From Macrostomum hystrix (lineage: Eukaryota; Animalia; Platyhelminthes), in assembly GCA_950097015.1 (NCBI GenBank), contig CATNEN010000038.1, forward strand, positions 13,764,001 through 13,828,000: a stretch of DNA of 64,000 bases, written 5' to 3'. Below, piece after piece: positions 1 through 13,880 of the stretch (its first letter is position 1; each line of letters begins with the position of its first letter). A model generated the notes under the pieces. That model saw only the letters and a program-made list of their open reading frames with translations, was not told the origin of the DNA and did no database searches. The position numbers and the translations under genes were made by a program.

Positions 1-659
1 CAATTCTGACTACACCGGAGGCCGCGGTCAACACGATGGTACACCTCCGACAGATGATTCAATCTTCTTTAAATTCTTTGCAAAGCAAGGTTTTACTTTT
101 CACACTTTACAACGATGTCTCCTGCAGAAGTCCGCGCTGGAAAACCCAACAAAGACTCAAAATGTTCAAATGGTTTCTAGAAATCAACCCTCTGGAGTTA
201 GTTAAACTTTGATTCGTGAGATCAAAACTACTCTAAGTCTAAACCCAGCCAGACATGATCATGATATAAAAAGTTCACGTCTGCTGGTCATCTCAAACTC
301 AATCGCGCTTTGTTAAGCGTTCTGTCGGCGGTAGGTGGCAAACTACGATTTCATAGTTAAGATCACGAATTGTATATTTCGCTCCGCAGAACCCAAACCC
401 GCCGGGCAACGACTGCACTCGCGTCAGGATCCTTCGGAGCATTCAGGGAGTCGGCATGTTCGGGTGTCAAGGGACGTGCCTTCCGGAAAGTTGGACATCA
501 CAGGTAATTGAATAGTAAAAAAAGCGTTTACAACATGAGTATTAAGTAAACAGTATATTCAGTATACAATATTACGCATAATGCCATCGTATAGAAAGAC
601 TCTTAACGGACAAGAAAATTATTTAAACGCGTTTTTTCAGAGCCCAAAAATGAATGCAA

Positions 660-908
660 ACACGCACACAGATAACTCTGCGCAGGCACACGCTCACACA
701 GGTGTGTACATCTGCCCTGACTTTCTCATCGTCAGGCAGTGTACTCTTCACACTGTGCCTTGGAGGTTGGCCCTCAAGGGCGTAAATTGCACGACAAGCC
801 CCCCAAGCCTTCTCTCCGCGGCTGTGCCCCAAGTAAATGTGGCCTCGCCGCGGAATCGAATCTAGGGACAGTGGTGCGAGAGGCAAACGCGTTAACCGCT
901 CTGCCACC
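660..908 (-). mobile_element. tRNA-derived SINE family A, 3'-truncated copy
   Basis: Minus strand begins GGTGGCAGAGCGGTTAACGCG (A box) then GATTCGATTCC (B box); near-identical second copy at 5418-5760. Confidence 0.75.
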
Positions 909-2406
909 GTTAATTAATTCAGGAAACTGAAAGTTTGGTTTCATTTTGCTTAAAGTAGCTCAAGCTCAGAAATATTTAGTGAATTCAATTTAAGTCAGTA
1001 TTGTATTTATTTTAATTTGTGGGGATACATGTTACTGCCAGTATTAGTAGTACGATAGTATTATGGAATTTTTTTATGAAAATAGATATGTGATTTGAAA
1101 ATTTTATGATTTTATGAGTATGACTGCGATTTTTAATCTACTTAGTAGCAGTTTATAAATACAAGTGTGTCAAGAGACTCAAGACTGACGTCACTAACAT
1201 TCCATGCATATATTTGTTTTTGTAGTCTCTGCACGCCTCTAGGTTTGAAATGTCAGTAAAATGGTAAAAAAGACAATATTTTTTAGTTCAAAGTCTTCTG
1301 GACTGCAACGAGAGCGCCGAAACTTTAAGTGATTTGCTGTGCTGTGCAGAGTAACTAGGCACGAAGGTAAATGAGTGAAGCAGGAATTAATTCTAGTTCT
1401 GATTCCTTCCACCAGCAGCATTAGTAAGGAGTCTGTTAATTCTCACTGTGCATTCTCAGCATTACGTTCACGGCATGCTAGACTTAGTGGGGTGCCATTG
1501 TTACTTCGTATCTTTCTGATCGAGCATTCTCATATATTCCAACTAGCAGTATAGCGAGCCATAGTACAGCTATTTATTTCAATCCTATTGTCCTAAAGCA
1601 AGACAGACTTTTAGGAATTTAAATACGAGTTTGTTTGTTAAGAGCAACCCAGCCAGCCTATTAAGTCTAGACCATTAAGTCTAGACCTTTTAAAATAAAT
1701 AATTTATTAGCAAAGATGTCTAATAGACATGGTTGGCTGTATTTTCTTACTATGCAGTGTATACAAAGGACTGTTATAGGTTAAGAAGAAAGTCTGGGAC
1801 TGCTTAAACTAAAAGGTGGAAGAAAGCAAAGAAAAGTTTTGAAGTTTCTGCATGGCTTCAACCGACAGAATGAGAGCATAGTTAACGGCAGTTAACAATT
1901 GTGTTTTCCTGCCCTCTTGCATTTTCAGCGACCATAAAATTCTCTTGCTTTCCCTGTCCTATCACAGTCTGTACATACAAAATACAAGTCTCATTGTAGC
2001 ACCTCAAGCGTGCGTGGCACCCACTTGCACGAACACACAAAATGAAATGTAAAACTTGCAAACTGAAAAGTGGTTATAATGCTGAATAAACTCGCATCGT
2101 CTGCGATGAAACTTGCACCTGAAGAGTCGACAATAGCATTTAAACTGGCTGAGATTGACAATAGGTAATCTAGGCCAGTCGTGTGGCAACAATTGCAGGA
2201 CGATGCGAACTAGTCTCTGAATTAAACTTGCTATTATTATCAACGTCATTCTCGCAGTTGTCGAGCGAAGCTCTCTCTACTCTCGTGACATTGTGCACTA
2301 CCTTTGGCCCGTTCTAAACAAAGGCTTGACTCCCAGTTAAAAAGAATTTAATATGAAATTATAAGTGACAAAACACTGTTTATGATATTTTAGTCTCCAG
2401 GTTTAA

Positions 2407-2640
2407 GAGGTTGTAGCCTTGTGGTTAGAGCGTCGGACTCACGACTTGAAGGTCGGGGGTTCGATTCCCGACTCCACTGGAACAATTTGTGTCCTTTAGC
2501 AAGACAATTAACTCTGCATTGCTTCAGTTCACCCAGTTGTTAAATGGGTACCAGCATTAGCTGGGATAATTAAAGGTGGGTGTGGCGTCCCCCCGGTCCA
2601 TGGACTAAGGAGCCGTACGCAGCCTTCAGTATGTGTCAGA
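2407..2640 (+). mobile_element. tRNA-derived SINE family B with CORE-like domain
   Basis: A box TAGCCTTGTGG, B box GGTTCGATTCC, then TGTGTCCTTTAGCAAGACAATTAACTC...GTTAAATGGGTACC, resembling the CORE-SINE central domain; diverged copy at about 13600-13880. Confidence 0.7.
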
Positions 2641-2837
2641 CTATTTATGACATATAATTCTAGTTTTCAGCAAGCCGAATGGAAGCGAGTCTGGAAAATA
2701 AGAATCCAGCAGAGAAGGAAAGACTGGAGAAAAAGCATGAATGGCAGAGCTGTAAATAAGCACATATATATCTTTAGACTGTAGTTCTCTGCCAACAATA
2801 AGTTTTTGCTAACAAAACACACACAAGAAAGAGCAAA

Positions 2838-5800
2838 ATGATTCGCAGATTCATTACCTGGATTTACCCTCGTCTGCCTTCCAACAAAGTTCTCGTCCGG
2901 CTGACTCTGTTCCTGGTAAAATATTTACCTCTTGAGACATTTTGTGGGCACATGCTGTCGAGTAGGCATAGCAGGGTTCGATTTCGTCGACTTGAGTAAC
3001 GATCTGGCGAATCCACTATCATGGGAGATGCTGAGATCTATGAATTCAGATTTTTTGCTGACTGGTGAATTGAACACATTCTGTTGATCCAGTCTCGATT
3101 AAGTAGATTTAGTATGATAATTTATGATGACTTGACGGATTTAGTTGACGGCAGGGGTCTAGGGTTTAAAAGGCTCATTCTAACCATTCTCACCATTCTC
3201 GCCATCAAACGATGCTGGAACACGACTGCGTTCATTCGTTAAAGGCCATCAAATGCACAAAAACGTTCTTACTTGATGGCAGAAAGATCGAGCTTTTACG
3301 AGCGTGATTTCGACTGGGAACAGGGGCTTCCCTAAATAGACTGTAGGCGACAACAAATTGGCAGAATGTGCTGAGTGAATGTAAATTTATACTTTTTCGT
3401 CCTACCGCAACCCCTTTTAGATCACTTTTTGCCTCATCGTAACCGTTGTGATAAAGTACAGTACACAAAGTTCTCCAGAAAGCACTGAACAATCGGCCAG
3501 GTCTCTCGACATTCTTGCATTCAAGAAAAGTGTCTCGCTTCAGCACCGAACAGTGCCCAAGACCAGAAGAGAAGACGGATTAATACCAAAGATTATCCAC
3601 CAGACGTTTAAAACTCCTCTAGTATTCGCCGAGTACAAACCCTTTATTGAGAGCTGCTTGAAGCTGAACCCTGACTGGCAGTACTACCTCTGGACTGACG
3701 ATGAAATTGTTAATTTTATTGAAGACAAGTATCCATTCTTCTTGCCAACGTACAAAATTTATAAAATCCATCTTCAAAGAGCAGACAGCATCCGCTATAT
3801 GATTCTGCACCACTTCGGCGGTGAGTGTGCTAAGAATCATGTATTAAACTTTTACTGGTACTTAATAATTTCATGTCCATACTTGTGCGTTTCGTGAGAT
3901 ACGTGTTTGCACAATGTAGGCCTTGTGTCTAAGTTTCTTGGTTAAACAAACGCAAATTCAACTATTCCCAACCTTTGTATTGGCAGGGAGAAGGAGAAAA
4001 CGAGAGAGTACGTGATAAAATCACCCTTAAAGCGATCGCCCACGTATATGGCACCCGAAGAAAAGTATTCTATTCAAAGATGTGAGCAGAAAATATCACA
4101 CATACCTGTCCTCATAGAAAAAGAAGAATCAGATTGCACGAAAAAAATTAAACATTGGATATTGAAAACTGAATCAGGAACTTGCGAGAATAGCTTACAA
4201 CTATTCGATTGAAAAATAACAAAGGTGATGAAAAGGATATCACGAGATATCAGGGAGCTAGCATGGAATATAAATGAAATATGGAATACATCGTGGAGAT
4301 TCATCATTCAAATTCACTATACTAAAAACTCCCTACTATGATACTAATACACTCCATGATGGAATGAGACATCAATAATAGCGTGATGTATCAAGGCCAA
4401 GCGGCAAGCATGAGACCGAGGGGATAACAAAATCCTGCAGTGGTGTGTACAATAAATGAATGTATTTTTGCTTAATTTTCATTACTTCTAAGCACACTCT
4501 TCTTCAAAGACATATTTGATAATGGTATTATATGCTCATGGGAGTGTCCTAACTTGCTAGTATTATTCTCTATTTTGAGCATCAATTGTCAAATCGATAT
4601 CAAGAAGGACTCTATTCTTTCGCTATAATTGCCAGGAATCTACATCGACATGGACGTCGAATGCGTCAAGCCATTCTACCCCAGCCTGTCAAACATGACA
4701 GCATTTGTGGACCAGGAGGCGAAGGAGCACGCGGTGCTGCTCCACGGCGAGAACTTCACAGCAATGAACAGCGTCATGGGCTCCGTGCCCGGCCATCCGT
4801 TCTTTTTGCGCCTCGTCTTCGCCATGATGGAACAGGCAAGAGAAGACAATTACAACGTCTTAGGTTCAACGGGTCCTCATTTAGTCACGAATACGCTCGA
4901 GAAGTGGTGGGTGCAGAAGCTTGCCAAGGCGCACACCGTGACGATGCTGGAGCCTCACGTGTTCAGCCCAATCATTGACGACAAACTGCACAACTTTTCA
5001 AGCAAATGCGAACGCATTCTAAATCCGAGTAAGCGCAATCAGCTGATAGATTGATAGATTGATAGTTCCCGTTAAATGTATTCCATTAGCCTCAAATAAC
5101 AACACTGAATTTGTCTCGCTGCAGGCCGCAAATTGGAGGAATCCCTCTATGTGCATTTTTAAGCTAAGTTGACCCTTTAGTTCAATATGGATCATGAATA
5201 CTTTGTATAAAGCAACATGTAGGCGACCAAGGAGAACTTTTATAACTGTTATTAGTTACATTTTTAAGTAATCTGTACTTTATAGGCTGTCAAAATGACT
5301 GAAGTATACGGGCTACTTTAATCGAATACACAAGGTGCTTTGGTTTGATTCCTCGTTTGATTCAATCAAAATGATTTGATTTAAGGTTTGATATCATAAT
5401 ATAATATATTAATAATTGCAGGGGGGCTGCGGGGAGCGGCACATCATTTAGTGACACTAGACCCGCACAGCCAGCGAGGAGGCAATTCTGCCCATTTCGC
5501 TGACTCCTGAGCACACACGCACACAGATACTGTGCGCAGGCACACGCTCACACAGGTGTGTACATCTGCCCTGACTTTCTCGTCAGGCAGTGTACATTTC
5601 ACTGTGCCTTGGAGGTTGGCCCTCAAGGGCGTAAATTGCACGACAAGCCCCTAAGCCTTCTCTCCGCGGCTGCGCCCCAAGTAAATGTGGCCTCGCCACA
5701 TCGAACCTAGGGACCGTGGTGCGAGAGGCAAACGCGTTAACCGCTCTGCCACCGACCCCCTTGATTCCTCGCATACGTTGGCTTTACTTTGTTTGGCAGA

Positions 5801-6103
5801 AAAAAAGCGAAAGCGAAATGGATGGTTCTCAAAAACCTGCTCATTACAGATGCAACTCCAGACCCCAGAAGAACTCCTCACATTCACGAGGTTTCGAAGC
5901 AGCTTTGCAAGCGGTTCGCCGAGCGCAACTGGAAGAGCGACCTAACTGGGCCCGAAACCGTGGGGCGACATCAGTTTCTGCACCTCGGCTGGAGACTCGA
6001 AAAGAGAGAGACGCGCTACTTTGACGTCAGATCGCTCGTTCAGAATGTGATTTTCTACTCGAGAAATACGCGCCAGCTTTCTGACCCACGCAGTGAGACA
6101 TGA
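2838..6103 (+). CDS. GT32-family (Gly_transf_sug, DxD) type II membrane glycosyltransferase, paralog 1, about 374 aa
   Basis: Exons 2838-2915, 3421-3820, 4636-5028, 5850-6103 join in frame with GT-AG introns. N-terminal TM segment (VLVRLTLFLITFCLIVTVVI), IPKIIHQT, ADSIRYMILHHFGGIYIDMD, MGSVPGHPFF and STGP motifs. Confidence 0.88.
5418..5760 (-). mobile_element. tRNA-derived SINE family A, apparently full length, in last intron of GT32 paralog 1
   Basis: Matches 660-908 closely; A/B boxes at the 5' end (near 5760); C-rich then AT-rich tail near 5418. Confidence 0.75.
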
Positions 6104-6622
6104 TGCGCAAAGCCAGTTTTCCTTGGCTGCTTCTTGCGAATTTTGATGCTCACCGGCAGACAACGCTGCCAACGCTGAGTTGAGCCAGATTAGTCGAGGA
6201 TTTGGTCACTCGAACTCTGAATGCGATGCGTGATTTAAACGTAGCCTTTAGAAATACTTTAGATACGAGTCATCTACTTTTAAATAGTGTCCCGAATACG
6301 CACTCGTATGAAAAGTTTGCTCAATATTTTCTTTGAATATCGCGGATATCATGATGCTTGATATATTTTAATGGCTGGTGAGAAATGCAGGGATTAGTTT
6401 GCTGCTGAAGAATTGAAATGATGTATTTCAACATTACAACCGCCTTCGGATTGGTCCGCCTCCTCTCTGTTTTCTTACCCCATTTGCGCACTCTCCTGTT
6501 TATTGCACCGCGGTAACCCCCCTCCATTCATTCTGGCTATGTGATTAAAATGCAAATATATTATATTCAAGGGCCTTAGGCCCACGCTCGACTTCACTGC
6601 TTCTCTTTCTTTATCTCGGCTG

Positions 6623-6919
6623 CCGAGATAATCTCTATACCGAGATAATCTCTATACCGAGATAATCTCTATGCCGAGATAATCTCTATGCCGAGATAAT
6701 CTCTATACCGAGATAATCTCTATACCGAGATAATCTCTATGCCGAGATAATCTCTATACCGAGATAATCTCTATACCGAGATAATCTCTATACCGAGATA
6801 ATCTCTATGCCGAGATAATCTCTATACCGAGATAATCTCTATACCGAGATAATCTCTATACCGAGATAATCTCTATACCGAGATAATCTCTATACCGAGA
6901 TAATCTCTATACCGAGATA
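6623..6919. repeat. 17-bp tandem array (CCGAGATAATCTCTATA), about 17 copies
   Basis: Read directly; begins inside the palindrome TTATCTCGGC-T-GCCGAGATAA (6611-6631). Confidence 0.95.
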
Positions 6920-6981
6920 AATCGGCACGAACGGAGCCATAGTTTTTGTGACGATGGGCCGTATGAATAAAAAAGGAATTT

Positions 6982-9900
6982 CTGGATAAGTACATCGCCC
7001 AGCTCCTAAACCAGGGAGTTGTTGAAGAGTGCGACTCCGAGTGGGCCTCACCCATTGTGCTTGTGAAAAAGAAGGACGGTACATGGCGCCTTTGAGTAGA
7101 TTACCGTGCACTCAACAAGCACATAAAGCCGTGCTCTTTCCCACTGCCTTTAATAGACGAATCTTTCGATAACTTAGCGGGATCCGCCGTCTTTAGTAGT
7201 TTAGATCTGACGAGCGCCTACTGGCAGGTAGGGATCCGGGAAGCTGACCGAGACCTCACCGCGTTCTCATGTCCCCAGGGCACCTTTCGTTGGACCGTAG
7301 TCCCCTATGGGATCAAGACCGCGCCTGCAAGTTTCGCCAGGCTGATGCACCGCGTGTTTCGCCCTCTTTTGCTCAGGGTTAGCCTAATTTACCTAGACGA
7401 TGTCATCATCAAGGCCAGAAACAACGACGAGATGATTTCCCATCTGGCGCTAGTTTTCTGGCAGCTTAGAAAAGCGAATCTGAAAATCAGACCCTCGAAG
7501 TGTGAGCTCTTCAAGGACAAACTGAAGTTTCTGGGATTCATAGTTTCCTCAAAAGGGATAGAGGCCGATCCGACCAAAACTGAGGCCGTTCAACAGTGGT
7601 GTACACCTAGGGATAAGAAGCAGCTTCTCTCCTTCCTGGGATTTGCCAATTACTACAGAAAGTTTGTCCCTAGATTCTCCATCATAGCCACGCCTCTGTA
7701 TGCCCTAGCCAAGAGCTCTGAGAAATTTGTTTGGCGCCAAGTGCACGAGGCCGCTTTCCAAGAACTAAAGTCCAACCTATGTAATCCACCAGTGCTGAGA
7801 TACCCAGACCTGAGTCCCACAGCGGGCACCTTTGTTCTAGACTGCGACAGCTCCCTTGACGGTGTGGGAGCAGTCCTTTCCCAAGTAGATGGGAACGACG
7901 TAGAACAAGTGATTGCCTACGCTTCTAAAAAATTCACCAGCGCGCAGCGAAACTATTGCGCCACCATGAGGGAGCTCCTAGGTCTGGTTCTCATGTTAGA
8001 GCAGTTCAGGACTTACTTACTTGACCGGGAGTTCCTAAGTGCGAACAGATGCGATTGCTCTGAAGTGGTTACACTCGAAAAAACACGCAACCGGAATGCT
8101 CGCCCAATGGTTGGTCACACTAGAGCCTTACACCTTCAAGGTAGACCAGACCCCACTGGAGAGAATAGCGGAGTACGATTTTAAAATCTCCCACAGAGCT
8201 GGGGAATCCCACGTTAATGCGGATGTTTTGAGTCGCAACCCGAAGTTCAGAGCAGACCATTTCGACTGCCCAACCTGTAGCCTGATCCCAGAATTTATAT
8301 CCAAGTTCCAGAAGGGAAAAAAACCAGCGCCATCGGATGTTAGTGAGGTCAAAATCAGCCGTATATGTGTCAGTACTCAGACTCTAGTCACAACTGGCTG
8401 TCAGACCACCGAGCTGATATTCGACTCAGCGATTCAGCTTCAAAATGAGCCGGTTGCAGACTTAGCAGTTCAGACTGACCTCCAACGGGTCCCTGAGATC
8501 CCTGAGCCCAATCAAGCTAGCAAGCGCCCAGTCATCCCAACCTCGTCTGCAGGTACTCAGGTAGACACCAAGCTGACCCGCTTGCTAGAGATAGATACCG
8601 TTAGAATCACTGCTCGCCGCCCCCAGGCCAACGGGAAGGTGGAACGCAACATCCAGACTATTAAGAGTCAAATTCGAGCAGTCTGTGCTGAGAGGCATGT
8701 GACTTGGCCCTTTGCCGCTAAGTGTGTAGGAATGAGCATCCGGTCTCTAGAATCCGAATCGACAGGCATGACACCTGCTAAGCTTTTTCTGGGCCGTGAA
8801 TTTCAAATGCCCCTAGACCTGATGTACAACCCACCAAGGCAAGATTGCTATGACCCGGACAGTTACGCGCACCGACTACACCGAACTCTTGTCGAAACCT
8901 CTGCCACCGCAAGGGCTGTTAGGAAGAAGGCACAGGCTAGGCAGAAGCGTTACTATGACAGATCGGTTTATAAGTCAAGCTACGAGGTTGGAGAGCTAGT
9001 GTGGGTTCTAAACCCCGACCACATGGGCCTCGACCCAGCTGTTTGGTTTGGTCCGTACAAGGTTATTCAGAAGGTCTCTGAGAGAAACTATAGGTTGATT
9101 CCAGAGTTTTCGCGAGAGAATCCGTTCAGAGTCCCGAATCCTAGTCACAACATCTATAACGTAGACCGGATGAAGAGGTGCATCCGCCAGCCAAACTATC
9201 AGGATGTGGTTGATAGATTTAGATTAGACACTGTAGCAAGGATGCCACGCTCATCTAAGCTAGGACAAGGAGATCTGGATTCCAGCTCCAGACAGCTGAG
9301 CTTTAGTTCTGACTGGACTTCCGAACCAGACTTTGTCACTGTCCCACCTGTGGGTCAGAAGAGCCGCTCTTTTCCGAGAAGCCAATCGTCATCAATCACA
9401 CAGCCAGTCGAACAGCCAATCACACAGCCAGTCGAACAGCCAATCACACAGCCAGTTCAACAGCCAATCACACAGCCAGTTCAACAGCCAATCACACAGC
9501 CAGTTCAACAGCCAATCACACAGCCAGTCGAACAGCCAATCACACAGCCAGTTCAACAGCCAATCACACAGCCAGTTCAACAGCCAATCAAAACACTGCC
9601 AGTGGAACAGCCAAATGCTCAACCAGTCACTAAACCAGAGTCACCACCCGAGGTGCAACCTGAACAAGCACCACAAGCAGTAAACATTGTCAATAATGAA
9701 CAGGTGCCAGACATCGGTGCTGAAGTTGAAGTCACAGCAGAGCCAAATCCAGATCCTCAGGCAACACCAATACCAAATATGCCACCAGAACCACAACCAC
9801 AAATAGAACACGAGCACGAACATGAACACGAATACGATCAGACAGACCATGCACAGAGACCAGCTTGCACTGTTACGAGATCCGGCCGGCAAGTAAGGCC

Positions 9901-11095
9901 GCCGGTCAGATTCCTTTCCACGCTGATCAACCTGCTCAGGAGAGGTAACGAGAGCTAAGGTGTAGTCGTGTCGTATGCTGCCTGTGTTCTGTGTGCCTGT
10001 TAGCTTTTCTTTAATAGCTTTCGCCAATCTTTTCATTTTGTCATTAGTTTAGTATCTCTGCGGTCGAGCCTTGAATCTTCGGATTAGGTTTTGGCCATAG
10101 TGTAAGCCTTTGTCGTAGTCATTGTTTGTAGCCTGTAGTTAGGAGCTTAGCTTGGCTGCGGCCGCTGGTGCTGTAGTCGAGGCCGTCCAGGTTTTCGCTC
10201 CGCCGCCGATTCGCCGAAATTTTCGCCAGTCCTAGACAATTCTCGTGTTTGTCTATTTGTCAGTTTTGTTTAAAAAAGAAAAAAACATTGCATTTGCTAA
10301 AACAAAATATTTTCAATTCCTTTTATTGCTTCTGCGGTTTGATGACGTTGTTCAATTTGCCAATGTCTTGCTGAATTTTGCCTTTGGTTTTTGTTCGAAT
10401 TTTTGCCATTCGTCGTTCAGTTTTGCCACTCGATATTCCGTTTTTGCCGTTCGTCTTTGAAATTTAATGCCTGTTTTTGTGTCACTTGAAACTGCCATTG
10501 TTAACCTTATTTTCAAAATATTTCTAGACAGCTATTCTAATAACTCTAATTACGTAGCAAAAATTTTGAAATCGTTTTTTCGCTAGCCATTTCGATGTTC
10601 GTAGCCACTACTGTTAGTAGGCCATTAAGCTTCTGAGAGGGAGGCGAGTGTGACGTTGTCTCTCTAATTTAATGTAATTTTAATATGCTATTTCTAATTA
10701 AGTGCATTATTTTTGTTAGCTTTATTTGTTAGGGATATGTCTTCGGTTTTCCATTAATATTTATAATGAATTAGTTTTAGTATACTATATAGTCGTATTC
10801 AAATGTTCTAATTAGGCCTTTCCAGGAAGACTCTCTCTCCCCCCCGTGCCTGGTTCTGGTTCTACGACTGAGTGCTGGCTATTATTTAAGTGTGGCTAAT
10901 TTCAACTGTAGCCGTAACTGCTTTCAAGTGAATCTTGATTCATCTAACATATCTCTAACTCATATAGCCAGCATTCACCGTTAAGCGATCTCGTTATTTG
11001 AAGACCCAATTTACTGCCGAATAATAATTTACCTTACTGCTATTCAAATAGACCGAACCGCTACGCCTATACATTGGGACCGAAACTTCGTCATA
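6982..11095 (+). mobile_element. Decayed, 5'-truncated Ty3/Gypsy LTR retrotransposon (RT, RNase H, partial integrase, 3' LTR)
   Basis: WASPIVLVKKKDGTWRL*VDYRALN (in-frame stop near 7093), YLDD, RNase H DCDSS/YASK/RELLG, frameshift near 8040, integrase remnant PQANGKVER and WFGPY, terminal TRSGR motif. Polypurine tract GAGAGGGAGGCGAG precedes an LTR TGTGACG...CGTCATA (10649-11095). Confidence 0.92.
9393..9590 (+). repeat. 24-bp coding tandem repeat (QPITQPVE/Q) x about 8 in Gypsy pol tail
   Basis: CAATCACACAGCCAGTTCAACAGC units in frame within ORF 8039-9958. Confidence 0.9.
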
Positions 11096-13601
11096 TTTTG
11101 TACGAGTAAAAAATGATTGGATTTCTGGAGGGGGTTGGCGGTGCAATAACAGGAGAGTGCACGACTGGGGTGAGAGACCAAAAGGTTAGATGTGGACTAA
11201 ATGCTGATAGTAATATGAACACTTAATAAGTTTGTATTTAGTCGTTCCAGCTCGCACCGAATCGATCTGTTTAATTCAGCTTTTTGATGTATGTCATACC
11301 GGAATCTGTAAGAAGTTGTTCTCAAGAAAAAAAATATTACCACAGTGGTTTTTTATTGCTTTTATATTGAAAAAATGAGCATTAAATGTATATATTATGA
11401 TCTTTTTACTTGAAATATAATAATATTGCTATAGTGTATCAAAAGAAGGTTTTCGCTTAATTTATTTAATTGGTGGCACTTATTCTTAGTTTCGAAATAC
11501 ACCTTGTTTAAAATATTGGCCTAACAGGTTGATTGCGCCATATCCATATCCATATCCATATTTTCTAGAGTGGTTTTATGACGATTACCACCGATGTGAA
11601 CCCACACCCGCACTTCGGACTCGGAGTAGTGTTTATAATTAACTTATCATACTGTTGTCCTGTCTTAATATATTAGGCCTATGCTACCTAATTCATACAG
11701 CTACACAGCCAGAAATCATAAAAAAATGAATCTGATGTTAGTAGGCCTAGAGCTAACTCTCCTAGCTAGTATCAGGTCAATTTGACAGTTTCACACAACT
11801 GGCTCTGGCTGCAGCTGCAGCCTGCAGGCTATAGACTATTGTATAGTTAACTATATAATCTATATTAGCTGGTGCTCATGGTATTTTATTTATTATTAGG
11901 CTATCATCAAAATAGGCAGAAGAAATATGTGAAAATGTTGAAAATCCTCTTAGTGTGCCAATTTAAGTTGTGGGCTAGCTAGACTTCTTTTGTTTCTTGA
12001 TCCCTGTTCCAAAGCCTTTTTTATATGATCCTAATGTAAGAGATGCAGTTAAAAAAGTAGAAAACTGACATTTTTATCCAATCAATGTCACTGCAGAAAC
12101 AGTTTTCTAGTTGTATTTTTATTGAAAGTGTCAAGTGCCTAGTTAAACCAAAACTCTGCAAACAAACAGAACCCAAAATTCACTTTTTATATGATCTTTT
12201 AAATAGAATAATTCTATTGAAGAGGAACAAGTAACAAAATTTAACATTTTCAGCAGTTTTGCATTACAATCCCATTAAGTTTAAAATTTATTAGGCCAGG
12301 GATGGGATTGTGCAACAAGAGTTGATAATGATAGCTATGTTTACAAGAATAGACACTTTATATCATAATAGTGCCTATTACTGTATATGCACGAAATTTC
12401 TAAAGACATTCAAGAAAGATGGCACATAGGCCTAATTAGCTGGCCCACTATTTGGCATAGGCTAGCTATTCCCAATCCCTAGGCCTAAGAAAAATTTACT
12501 TAAAAAACTTCTGCTAGGCCTATGCCTAGACAATTTTTTGTAATAAGCTTCTAAAATAGCTAGTTTCAAGAAAGAATATACTTTTTGCTTATAAATCTTG
12601 AAGTCAATATTTTATTATTAGCCTCTTTTAATATTGTTAATAGAATACTTCTGAATATTTGCAAATTTTTTCTACTTGGACATAACAAAAACATTCTTAA
12701 AAAATCTGAAAAGAATTTCATAGATCCACTGCACTTACTAGACAAGAACACTCATTTTTAGAACATTTGAGACTTAAGAGCTAGGCCTACAGTACAAATA
12801 AATATATGTTTTGATCTATAAATATATAAAAAGCTAAATGTATTTTACTAGCCTAAGTAATGAGTACTTCTTTGCTCTTTTTCAGGCTTAATGTTTTCAC
12901 CTAAATAGATCAGATACTACCAATTTTATATTTTAATTAGCTTAAATGGTTACTATATTGGTTTTTTATAAGGCCATGTCACGGTTGACATGTAGTGGCA
13001 CCTGTACAACCCCATAGGAGTAATATTGTTATCATTAGAGACTTCGAATATCAAGTTTCATAATGTTAACATTATTATCTGGGTTTTTGTACAGCTTGTT
13101 AGGCCCCTATCTGTCTTTTATGCCATGTTTTAATTTTAAGTGAGATTTTGGGAATAGAGGCAAATAAGCAACTAAAATGGTCAAAAATTACTTTCATATT
13201 TTATTACTATCATTGTTGTGCCATGTTCCACTTTTTCATACTTTTGTCCCATATGTTGCACATTAGTACTACTTTTTGTATCTTTATTGTGCATACCTAT
13301 GGATTTTGAAACTTTTGCAACCTCCTTTGGAAGCACTACACGGAAAATGAAGAGGAAAAAAGGTTTATTTTAGCAATAGCAATAGCGACTGCTTGGTTTA
13401 GCTGGCACGTCATTATTTGAAACAAAAAAGTTGTGCTTGTAGTTCACTACATATTACATATGAAATCCATGTGATGGGGCTGGAACATAAGTTTAAACAG
13501 CCTAAATATCTATTGGATGGGCTTTAACCACCCCATGGAAGTCTAAGCAGTGTACGAGGCACCTATAATCCTTGCTTAGCCCTATGAGCTCTAATGAGAC
13601 A

Positions 13602-13880
13602 ATGTAGTTAAAGTAATGGTCGGGGGTTCAATTCCTGACTCTATTGGAACAGTGTGTATCCTTTAGCAAGACACTTTACTCTGCCTTGCTACAGCTCACG
13701 TAGCTGTGAAATGGGTACCAGCATTAGCTGGGATAATTGAGGGTGGGTGCGGCGTCCCCCCCATTCCATTGACTGAAAAGCTGTATGCAGCATTCAGATG
13801 TGCCATGCAATAGCTGCGGCTGTGCTCTCGGCTGCACAGAACTTTGTATCTGGCCTAATTGGGGCATGTGTAATCAGATA
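13602..13880 (+). mobile_element. SINE family B, diverged copy just upstream of FCP1
   Basis: GGTCGGGGGTTCAATTCCTGACTC...AATGGGTACCAGCATTAGCTGGGATAATT shared with 2407-2640. Confidence 0.65.

Noticed and set aside
1-502. Possible LTR ending ...ACATCACA with a TATA-like box near 264
   Set aside because: No partner LTR, TSD or coding evidence inside the window.
705-745. Hammerhead-like CTGACGA...GAAA...GTC in SINE A (minus strand)
   Set aside because: No room for stems II or III; the bases form a simple hairpin (CTGCCTGAC with GTCAGGGCAG).
2411-2480. tRNA gene
   Set aside because: No proper acceptor stem or terminator; continues into a CORE-like SINE body with a second copy.
11100-13600. AT-rich stretch upstream of FCP1
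   Set aside because: No supportable coding, repeat or terminal structure seen.
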